Shown piece after piece: positions 41,401 to 53,400 of a DNA stretch of 64,000 nucleotides. Both the position numbers and the translations under genes were made by a program. Below the pieces are notes generated by a model. The model was given only the letters and a program-made list of their open reading frames with translations. It did not search any database and had not been told where the DNA came from. Numbering within the stretch: position 1 is the stretch's first letter; every line of letters begins with the position of its first letter. Where the stretch lies: the NCBI GenBank assembly GCA_047967505.1, contig CM106538.1; one strand, 5' to 3'. Origin of the DNA: Dipteris shenzhenensis. Taxonomy: Eukaryota.

Positions 41401-44400
41401 ATTTTTTTTTCACGTTTTAAAAATGTAGAGGTTACCAGACAGCTCTACGCTGAACTTCTGTAACAGATTTTCTCTCATGAATAAAAACCTTCGGGGGGGT
41501 CCAGCCCGACGTTTTGTCCTGGGCCCTAGTGCATCTTCAGAGAGAGGGAGTGAGGGAGAGCTTATGAAAGCACAATTACTGTCTTTTATGAGTGGTAATG
41601 GCTGTCTTTCAGTAGCGAGTCGGTTTTATTGGTATCAGAGCCTGGTCTCATAGTTTTCCTAAACTGTGACGATCCAAGTGCAAGAGAGTTTCTCGAGATG
41701 ATAAGCGACGCTTGGGAGAGTAGCATGATTTTGATCGGTGGTTAGCTGAAGAGCCCTGCAGGCGAAGAAGCGAGATGCAGTTTTGCACCCAACGTATTAG
41801 CAATGAGCATCTACCTTGCTGAAGGGGTATGCGTGCCATATTAGTAAGCTATTGCGTGAAGAGGGCAAGCAAGGAAAAGTAAGGCGTAGGTGTTTGTCTA
41901 TCTTGAGCGTTAATTGGGCGTCGTGATTACGGCAAATACCGTGCATATCACAAGCGTTGGGCCTGTGCCTACTCATTGGGATTATGCTACGGGAAGCCTC
42001 TTGCAAGCACCGGCAATTACCACTCAGAGGGAGACGCCCTCACGCGTAGTGACTTTTTCATTGCCTCCGCCAGCGGTATCAGAAGATGACTACAAATCTG
42101 CACTTCGCTTAGTTCCGATGGCGTGAACTATTCTCCAAGCCCTGTGTGAAAATCTGTAGACGAATGGCGGAGACACTGACGGGTGCTGACGGACAAATGG
42201 AGGCGGTGCGACGCGCGACGCGCATCAGTCAGCCAAGGTTTGGAACCTTAGGCTGATGTGGCACAGGAGGACACGTGGCAGATAGGCAGCGCTGACGTGG
42301 CAGCCAGCAGGTCCAGACGTGCAACGATGACGTGGCAGCCAGCAGGTCCACACGTGCGATGATGACGTGGCAGCACATGCAGCTGACGTGGCTTTGACAC
42401 GTGGTAGGTGCTGATGTGGCAGGCTGACAGAAAGCTGATGTGGCAGATGCTGACGTGGCACTGACATGTGGCAAACCAGTGGTTAAATTAACTCTGGTTA
42501 GTTAACCCTGGTCAGAGGTCTAGTTAACTTGACCCAACCGGACCAGTCTGGTCACTGTAACTAGACTGTGACCAGTCCAGTTAGTCCAGTTGCAAACTAA
42601 CCAGACCAAAACCAGTCAGTCTGGTTAGAGTAACTAGCCAGTTACTCCATCTGGTTACTGTTCTTTTCAAAAAAAAAAAAAAAGAACAGTTGCAGAGATT
42701 GTTTCTGCTAGCAATTTTCACCTACCTGTCAGACTTTTACTGTCAGAAAAGCAGCAGAAAAACAGAGAAAACAGAGAAAACAGAGAAAGTAGAAAAGCAG
42801 CAGAAAAGCAGCAGAAAATCAGAGAAATCAGAGATTTGCAGAAAAAGAGTATGCATGCCTTTGAGCAGTGAAAAGAGGGGAAAACAGATGCCTTTTGAAG
42901 CCATCTGCAGCAGCCAGAAAAGGGCAATATAGTTGTTGATGCTTTGGCAACTGTGTGGGTATATGCCTTGAATTGACAGCCAGTACTGGCATAGATTGTG
43001 AATGCAAAACACCTCTTGTTGAGGTATTTTTCTGTTGGAAAAGCAAAGGTAGTTGTGCATCAGTTACCTACACGGTGTGTGAAATCTGCAGATCCTAGAA
43101 TATGGATCAATCACCTATCCAGTGGGATTCACAAGATAGGGATGTACATCCAAGACAGAGAAGTGTGCCGCAAACTCAACAAGAATTTGAACAGATGGTA
43201 CGCACTCGTATACAAGAGATGGAAAATCTCAAAAGGGATCCAAGGGCTCAGCATTTGTTTCAAGCAGAAGCTATGCCTAATCCAGTATATGACGTGCCAA
43301 TGCCAGAGGCACACTCTCGTGTACAGCCTGAGAAAGAGAGATCTCATAGGAGACGGTCCCATAGTAAAAAGAGATCGAGGCATCATCACCGATCTCCTAG
43401 TCCATCACCGTCTACCTCGAGTTCGACTTCTGTGTCTTCTTCTTCCTTATCAGATAAACCATCCAGGAAAAGAAGAAAACACAAGAAGTCTAGGAAGAGA
43501 AAGACGTCCAAAGAGACCAAGGAATTTAAAGAGGGAGGAAAATCTGTCAAGTTTATGACCTACAATGGACAGTATGGTCATACAGACAAAGCATTGCAGT
43601 TCATCAGACAGTTTGATGCTGCCTTCGGTACAGAAAAATTTTTAGAATCCTCCAAGTTAAGAATGGTCAGTTTGCACTTGACAGCAACAGCTAGTGCATG
43701 GTGGAGTGCACAGACCACAGATGGGTCAGCCCCAAGGAAGTGGAAGGACTTCAAGAAAGCCCTCTACCAGCAGTTTATGCCTAAACAGTTTAGAGACCAT
43801 GTTCTTCAAGATTGGGACAGCTTGCATATGGATGCAGGAGATACAGTGGATGTGTACAACCAAAAGTTTTGGGATGCTTATTTGCAGGTTGCACCTTTCA
43901 AAAAGATCTCCAAAGGCACCCAAATGAGAAAGTACAGAGCAGGTCTCACTCCAAGAATTCAGGCAGTAGTGAATGCTTTGGGGGCAAAGAATATTCAAGA
44001 CCTTATGCATTCAGCTTCAGTAGCTAGCCTTGTGCCGCTACAAGATCCATCTACAGTGCCATCCTTGCATGCAAGACGTGTTGATAAAAAGAAAACTGAT
44101 TTTTCAAAATCAGAAAAGAAAGAGTACCCCAAGGCTGAAAAGAAAGGGTTTCAGCCTCAGAAGCCGAGGGGTACTCAGTTTTCAAGAACTTGTAAGGGCA
44201 AATCTCTATTCACCCCTGAACAGATAGCGGAATTCCGTAGAGATGGGAAACGCTTCAGGTGCGGCAAAGAGGGGCATGTGGCTGCCCAGTGCCCAGAAAA
44301 GCCTCCAACTTCGAAGGGAAAAGAGGCAGAGAAGCCACGAGGACCGCAAAAGCCAATGGCGGGGGGAATTCCTGACATACTGGGTCATGCTTTGAACCCA

Positions 44401-47400
44401 GAAGAACAAGAATTGCTGCTATCATGGGGCAAAGTTAGAGACCAGCAAGCGCTAATTTTATTTGATTCAGGGGCTACTGATAATTTCATATCAGAGGATC
44501 TAGCCCTGAGGCTGGGAATAAAAACGGAGGAGTTGGGTAGGGCTTTGGATGCCGATCAAATGTTCTGTGGGAATCCTGTGCCAGTTACTCCCTTGATAGG
44601 GAAGCTCCGTCTTTATGTTCAGAGTTATGTGGATCAGGAAGACTTCTTCATTTCTCCACTAAAACATTATGATGTAGTTTTGGGAATGCCTTGGTTTCAC
44701 CGCAAGGCAGTGAAGTTGACTCTTCCTGAAAGAGTGCTGGAGTTTGTGCATAGGGGAAAAAATCAGCGTTTAATTGCCAGGAATAAAGGGGACACTATCC
44801 CCATTGTATCTGATGTTTCATGTGGTAAAGCAATAAAGTGTGCAATTTCTGCGTACATGGTTTTTGTAAAAGAAAAAGGGAATGAAATGCATGCTGAAAT
44901 GAATGATGCAGACAAAGATAAGTTTCAGTTTCTTGTAAACTTTAAAGATTGCGTTTCTGATGCTTTGCCAGGGGAGTTACCCCCAGAGAGACCAGAAGAT
45001 CATCAGATAGAGTTAATGCCTGGTAGTGAGCCACCAAACAGACCACCTTATAGAGTCAGTGCGACTCAGAGAGAGGAGATTATGGCTCAGGTACAGGACT
45101 TACTATCCAAAGGGTTGATTCAGCCCAGCTCGTCTCCTTTTTGTTCTCCTGTACTATTAGTACAGAAGAAAGATGGTTCATTCCGTATGTGCGTCGATTA
45201 TCGCGCACTGAACAAAATGACCATCAAGAATAGATTCCCTATTCCGCGCATTGATGATGTCTTGGATCAATTAAATGGAGCTTCAGTTTTCAGCAGGATA
45301 GACTTAAATAGTGGGTATCACCAAGTGAGGATACAGCCTCAGGATGTGCACAAGACAGCATTCCGCACTACATTTGGGTTGTATGAATACTTAGTGATGC
45401 CTTTTGGGTTGACAAATGCTCCAGCCACATTCAATAGAATGATGGATCGTATCTTCCGAAAGTACAGGCATTTTACGGGTACTTTCTTTGATGATATCTT
45501 AGTTTTTTCTAAGACAGAAGAAGAGCATAGAGAACATCTTGCTATAGTGTTTCAAGAGCTGAGAAATCATCAGCTCTACGCAAACAGCAAGAAAAGTGAA
45601 TTCTTCTTGGAAGAAATCCACTATCTGGGGCATGTAATATCCAAGAATGGGATACAAATGGATCCAGCGAAGATCCGTGCCATTCAGGAATGGCCAGAGC
45701 TGAAAACTGTGCATGAAGTTCGAAGTTTCCTAGGCCTGTGTTCTTACTACAGAAGGTTTATCCGACATTTTGCTGATATTGCAGCTCCATTACATGACCT
45801 TACTAAGAAAAATGCAGCCTTCACATGGGGATTATCACAGAAGAAAGTATTCAATACACTCAAGGAGAAGTTGACTACAGAGCCTATTCTTGTAGTCCCG
45901 GATCTGTATCAGTCTTTTGATGTTGATTGCGATGCTTGTGGAGAATGTGTTGGGGCTGCATTGCATCAGAATGGTCATGTAGTAGCCTATGAAAGCAGGA
46001 GACTTCGGGATGCAGAAAGATATCTAGGAATCTATGAGAAAGAGTTATTGGCTGTAATTCATGCCATCCATACATGGAAGCACTATCTTTTGGGTGCAGA
46101 TTTTATTGTCAAGACAGATCACCAAAGTCTGAGATACTTTTTGACTCAGACCAAGCTTTCCGAGAAGCATATGAAATGGGCAAACATGCTCTCAATGTAT
46201 CATTTTCAGATTGTCCATACTCCAGGAATTCGGAACAGAGTGGCAGATGCTTTGTCCCGAAGACCCCAGGTCAATAATGTGACTATTGCTTATCATCAGG
46301 ACCTGGGAGGCATGAGGGACCAATATGCTCATGATTCAGATTTTGGTGAAATTTTACAGCAAATGCAAGAGGGGCAATCCACCAATCACTATTCCCTGAA
46401 AGATGGGTATTTAATGAAAGATGATTGCCTATGCATCACCCAGGAGATGAGGAAAAAGATTTTGGGGGAATGCCATGCACCTCCCTATGCTGGACCTAGA
46501 GGAATTACAGCAACAACTCTAGCACTAGAGAGGTATTTCTTTTGGCCAGGGATGCGGAAAGATATACATCAGTTTGTTACTAAATGCCTTACGTGTCAGA
46601 AAGTGAAGTATGATAGACGGAAGGCACCTGGCCTACTTATGCCTCTTCCCGTGCCTCAGGCACCATGGGAAAGTATTACAATGGACTTTATTTTTGATTT
46701 GCCGAGATCAAAGTCAGGGAATGATGGGATTTGGACTATCATTGATAGATTCAGCAAGCAAGCTCATTTCATTCCGGTTCGCAAAACCATAAAGGCAGAT
46801 CATATGGCTAAGCTTTTCATGGCACAAATTTTTAAACATCATGGTATGCCTAAGTCGATTGTTAGTGATCGAGATCCCAGAATGACCAATCTATTCTAGT
46901 AAGCCCACGCCTACTTGCAATTTGGGAGCTTTAAGAGCAAGGGATGTAGTGGAGCTTCTTCTTGCCCATGTCCTTGGCCCATAGAATGCATGAAAGAGCT
47001 TTTCCAACTCTAGCTAGTCACTTTTTCGGAAATGCTAGATTGATGCTACGAAACATGGGGACGAATTTGAATTTTTCTTCTTCTTTCCATCCCCAGACAG
47101 ATGGTCAAAGTGAAGTAGCAAATTCTACAATTTTGGATATGCTGAAATGCTACGTGGGTGACCAAAGTTCAGACTGGGAAAAGTATCTACCCTTAGTAGA
47201 GTTTGCTTACAATAATACTGTACATAGCTCTACAGGGAAAGCCCCTTTTGAGGTCATATATGGGAAGGTGATTTTGCCACCTATATTGAGGACCAAAGAT
47301 GAAATATTTGCAGCTAATCAGTTTGTGAGAGACCTCCAGACAGCTTACAGCCAAGTCCGGACAGCAATTGAAAGGTCTCAAGAGAAACATAAAAGAGCTG

Positions 47401-50400
47401 CAGATAAGCATAGGAGACAGTTAGATCTCAAGGAAGGGGATTGGGTACTTTTGAGGTTTGAAAAAGCGAGGCTCCGCAAGTTTAAAGGCAAACAGAAAGT
47501 GTATGCAAAGTTATCTCCCAGATACTATGGCCCTTTCAAGGTTATAGAAAGAACAAATGAGGTTGCATACAGATTAGCATTGCCAGAGCATTGGAGGATT
47601 CACAATGCATTCCATGTGAGTCTTCTAAAGAAATTCCAGGGACCAGAGCCTACAGAACCAGTATCAGAGGATCCACCAGAAGTAGATGAGCTGGAGGAAG
47701 TCCTTCAGCCAAAGCAAATTGTGTATCATACTGTACGTAAAGGCCCTCAGGGTAAGTAATTTTACAGGTATCTTGTAAAATTCAAGAATTATACGGCATT
47801 AGATGCCAAGTGGATGGACGAAGACTCAGAGGCACCGCTCACAGGGAGATGATCCCCATTCATGAGGAGTTTGATCAGGGTGTGGCATAGAGTTTCGGGG
47901 GCACTCATATGGGCTAGCCCTTCCTACAGGGAGGAGTTCGAGAGATAGCCGATTCTTTGGCACCCAGATGTTAGAGATGCGGATAGACGAATGTTAGGGC
48001 AAAGGACACACATTGGATGGGCACAGTGGGACAATGGGCTAGCATGATCCTTTGGTTCTTAGAGACAGCCCCCTAGGGATATAGAGGCCAGGGCACGGGC
48101 ACTCTTTGACCTGAGAGGAGCAGGTATATGGATGGTTGAGATTGACTCAGTGATCCTTGAGTCGTGGTGGAAGGGGTTGTGCAGCCCCTGGACTTCCAAC
48201 TACTGGGACGGCCAGTTCTCTCAGATGAGGACTCCTCTCAGGGTCCGGTTCTTTAGAGAGCATCTGGGATCCATCCGATGCAAGTGTTATATGGTGGGAC
48301 CAAAGGCCTTCTACAAGTAGAGTCGGAGAGGGATTCAGAGGAGTTAGCAGCCTTGGAGGATCTAGAGTGGTAACGGATCAGGATTGTTGGCCGATTGGGC
48401 AGAGTGTGGCATATCAATCTGACCATCATCTTAGCAAGTCCAGAGGGAGCAGTTTGGCATCTATGGCTGTGGGAGGGCAGCCCTCTTAGGGACATTCAGT
48501 GGAATCTAAGAGAGTGGTTTTGGCCTTTTGGTTGGGACACTCAGACAGCAGAGAGGAGGTGCCCTTCTTTTCTTACACGACCCGCATCGGCAGTTACATT
48601 CAGTTGGAGGCAGCAGCATGGAACCCCTCGAGGGAGCGATACTGGTTGGAGTAGGAGGTTTCCAGGGAGGTGGTCAGCTGCTTCTGGCCACGACTATGGT
48701 CAAGTCTGAGACCACGGAAGATCTCTTACTTCTTTTGGATGGTGGTTGAGCCTACCCATCGGTCCCTCGTTGTTGGAACAAATGCAGGTGGATTGGCAGA
48801 TGTGCTCGTTGTACGGAAGGCTTGCTTGAGGTGATCCCACATTGCTTATGGAGCTGTCATGTGGCACAGAGCATTTGGACAACAGCTTTCCGGATTGTGG
48901 CTAGGACGCAAAGGATGCGGAGAGATTTCACGTGGGGGATGGAGGCGTGGCTGACAGAGGGAGGCTCTGCTTTCTGTGTTGATCCCATCTCACCAGCTTA
49001 CAGGATCCATGGTGAGCAGGTCTTCTAGATTGAGTTCCTCGATTACCGTGGTCCCGCACTTGCTCGCAGCTTTCACCGGAGCAAGTTCTTTAAGAATTCT
49101 CATCCAATTTGTGTCTAGTTTCCGTGCTTTATTGATTTATCTAATGAACAATATCCTCTATGCTATACTTGGATGATAGCTTTGTTAAAAATGGGGAGAG
49201 GATGAGAGACAAGATCTGAGGCACGAACTGATGTTGATAGATTGTGTTATCACAGCAAGTACATAGCCTCTTTTATAGGCTGGGCAAGCCTTATCTTCCC
49301 ACACAGACACCTCATAGATGAGGTCACACACAAGAGAATCTAGATCCTATAATCTAGGGGAGGAATCACACCTACCACATGAGGTGGCACAAGTTGCCTC
49401 AAGACTCTTCACACTCACACAACTGTAGGACACTCCTAGGACTCTAGGACCACACACACTAGGACTCCGATTCGAACAAACCCCCCTTCGGAGCTAGGGT
49501 GAGAAACTATGACATCATCCAGGCTGTGCATCCCAGGCAATCTCAGAGGCTAACAGCTGAGCATAATTCAGAGGTTGAACCAAGCACTCTCATGGCTTAG
49601 GTGTCAACGTGATCAGAGACTCAAATCTGAGCATGGATGCATGACCAACTCATAGGTCTAGGGAGTACACCAACATCCTGGAACTCGGCCAAGCTTGATA
49701 AAGGAAAGACATAACAACCCCCCTGTCTCCTAACTGGGTACATGGAAATAAGTGGAGCCTTTTATAGGACAAGGCACACAAAATGACAAATTATTACATC
49801 ATTTTAGGGGGACTACCCAAGGCAGAGTACCTAACACACATGACTCTAGAAAGCCCACTCTTCATCTATCACCTCATGGAGGGATAGACCAGAAACAGCA
49901 GCAGTGCAGGCCTGTTCCTCAGGTCCAGAAGGTGTAGCTTCATCGTCTTCGTCCTCGCTCTGCTCCGCAACCTGATTGGCATGTTCTTTGGCTTGTACCT
50001 TTGCCATCTTCTTGAACCAACGATCCTCTGGATGGCCAAGCTTTTGACAGTAATTACATTTAAGAGGGTTTCCTTTCTTCTTGGGCTTATTCTTGAGAAA
50101 GAATGCTTTGCCAGACTCAAAGGAAGATTCTGCTTTCTCTGTAAGCCTACGGTCCTCATCAATGAGATGAGCTACCATATCCTTAAAGCTCATATTGCGG
50201 CTGACTCTTAGGACAGCAAGGATCTCATTGTACTTGGAAAAGTCTTCAATACTTGAGAGAAGTACAGCAACTTGATCATCATCTTCAACAATGGCTCGGA
50301 TGGCAGATAATTGTTGGAGAATTGACCCAAGATTGCTCAAGTGTTCATTGAGGGTTTCAGTTTCCTTCATCTTGAGCTTGAAGAGTTTTTGTTTGAGAAA

Positions 50401-53400
50401 TACTTTGGAATTCTTGATCTTATTTCCAAACAAATTCTCTAATTTTTCCCACACGTCATTTGCAGTCTTATCAAAATCCACATGGTGGATAAGGTTGTCA
50501 GCTAAAGCTAGGCCAATGATAGCCATTGCTTTGGCCAATGATAGCCATTGCTTTATCATTTTGGTTCTCCCACCAACTGATTCTAGCATCATCACTTTGG
50601 GGTTTTGGCTCCTTGCCATTGGTGATATTCCATATGCCTTCTCGCATAAGAAGAAGCCGGAGTTTCGTCTGCCAAGTTGGGAAATTGCTCCCTGAGAATT
50701 TCTCGATGAACAAGGGGTTTTTTATGCTATCCATTGGTGGGAAGGTCTTAGTTGTTATTACAACTAGTGTCTAAATCCCTTACAATGTTTACTCAAATTT
50801 TGCAAAAAAAAGGCCCAAATTTCACATGGTAGAAGCTTTAATTATGCCAAAGGAAGACACAGGACAGAAAAGCCCTAAATTTTTGGGTTAGGGTTGCTGC
50901 AAAATTAGGGTTTGCAGAAAATTGGGGCTTTTCAAAATTTCCTAGAGCATAGTGTTCTAGCAATACTAGGGAAGCTTCAGACCATAAAAGCCCCAACAAA
51001 TTCACCCAAAATGAGGCAAAATTCTTGAAAAGCGCAATTTAGGGTTTTGGGCTCAGAAATGGGCTGGAACAAGCCGCTCTTTAGGTCGTCATGGAGCAAA
51101 AGTGCTAGGCTTCAAGGTCGGTCTGAATTCCTTCCAAATGTGGTGGCGATTTTGGAACTGATGACAGCTTGAACAGTAAGAAAAACGAGCTGGAATCAGT
51201 TCGTTTTTGTTCCCTGAAGCACCCTCCTCCAAAATAGGGTCGATTAATCAGCAAAAACGGGCAGCTTCATATGGCGACAGTAGCAGCAAAAATCACCATT
51301 TGGAGGCCAAAAACGTGCTGGAGATTGCGCAGATCAGGGCCGGAAGGAGGAGACTTCAACTGAAGCGGCCCTCTGACAGCAACGTGGAGATGACGCAAGA
51401 GTGGCCCAGCGGAGGAGAGAGGTAGCGGGTAGAGGAGCTAGCAGGAAAGAGGTAGCATCAGCGTGGGTAGGATTACGAGGGATGCGTGAGCAGAATTCAA
51501 GGGAGGCGTGAGCAGACTGCGAGGGAGGACGGGCAGAATGGTGCAGCATCAGGGAAGATAGCAGGCAGAACTGGAACGGCCTGCTGGTCAGCAACGTAGA
51601 CATGGCGACGTGCGGTAAATGTTATCGCAGAGACATGGCAGGAAAATCTTGCGTGATGAGGCAAGGCTCAGTCAAGGAAGACCTGCTCTGATACCAACTG
51701 TTAAAAATGGGGAGAGGGTGAGAGACAAGATCTGAGGCACGAACTGATGTTGATAGATTGTATCATAGCAAGTACATAGCCTCTTTTATAGGCTGGGCAA
51801 GCCTTATCTTCCCACACAGACACCTCATAGATGAGGTCACACACAAGAGAATCTAGATCCTATAATCCAGGGGAGGAATCACACCTACCACATGAGGTGG
51901 CACAAGTTGCCTCAAGACTCTTCACACTCACACAACTGTAGGACACTCCTAGGACTCTAGGACCACACACACTAGGACTCCGATTCCAACAAGCTTGGTT
52001 TGACCATCCGTGATTGAATCCTAAAGGTCTAGGTAGTTGAATGTTTAAGAATGTGTAAGTAGTGTTCATAACAAGGTTTTGAAACGTTTTTTAATGTGGA
52101 AGAATTTGACATCTTACCAAGGGATGTTACACAAAAGCTTACACAATAGATTTATCTCAATATGTTTGTGAAATATGTGCATCTTCTTTTGGTTTTTTGT
52201 TTTGTTTTTGGGACACTACACGTGATGTGTCCAACCTTCCTTGCAGCCCTAATCACATATTCATTAGCAAAGCAGGCTATGTTCCGCTTGCCCTACCACA
52301 CCTTTGCCAAATCTTGTTGTCATTAAAAACGCCTTCAAGCTCTCATAAACTATAACATCTCTTTAATGCTTGTTACTTTTGGAGGTGACACTTTATTTAG
52401 AAAATTACTCATTATTTGTAACATAAAAAATTTACACATCACACTTAAACATATATAAAAACACTGGTTAACACCATTTAAACATATATAGTAACAACTG
52501 TACAGGCAAGCCTCCCCCTAAATACTAGTCTCGCTCTTGCTAGAGTTAAGGAATATAGTAAGGGAGAAACTGGCTTGGGATGGGTAGGGAGAGTGCAAGC
52601 AAGTTTCCCAATGCTGGATCGCTTGACCTCAGTGAACAACATTGGAAAAGCTAGTGATGGTCTTCTCTCTTTGGTAGGTGATTTAGTTGGGTCTAGCTCG
52701 GTAAATCAAAACAAAAAACCTAGAAGAAACTTATATAGAGAAAGGTTGAGGTTAAACATGAATAATCTTCATGATTTTGGGGAAGGTAACATTTCTTTAA
52801 GTCTTTATTAGTTAGCACTCACTAAGACATCTTAGAAACAAGCACACACCATTATGTTGTCTATAAGGGACATAGTAGTAATATGCTTTATGTAGGACAA
52901 ACCTATCGGACGGCTTTTATTTGTTTTCAAGAACATGTTAGGGTAGCTAGAAAAGCTCATAGGAAGAATTCCTTGATTGAATTCAAAACCCTTATATGAT
53001 GCAATGGCAAAATCTGGTTTCAAATCTTTTCGTTGCTTTCCTGTTGAGCATATGATGACAACTTTACACAAGAGATTTTAATTTGGAAGGAAAATCAACT
53101 CATCGTAAGAATAAAAGAACCCTATGATGTGGAGAACTCATATCAAGCCCTTTAACATTCCTATGTACGAACATAGTCATATACCTACTCTTGTATAAAA
53201 ATCTAAAGTTATGTTACGGGATTGTCCTAGCTCTCCTGCAATCTTAGATGTTGATCGTGATTTGCTTCCCTCACTTTCTCTTCCTCTTCCTCGTCCTTCA
53301 GTTCCTTTAACTTCCTCAGTTCCAAGAGTTTATCCTCTCAAGACTATAAAAGAGGACTTCGTTACCTAGACAGACTAATGTTTCTGGGAGCTTTTGAAAA

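Noticed and set aside
42998-43558. 186-aa ORF overlapping the gag start, and antisense ORFs across gag-pol
   Set aside because: Alternative frames of the retrotransposon ORF with no motifs.
52500-52760. Hammerhead ribozyme or pseudo-LTR upstream of the PLE
   Set aside because: No CTGAnGA...GAAA core with pairing stems was found, and no second copy defines a repeat.
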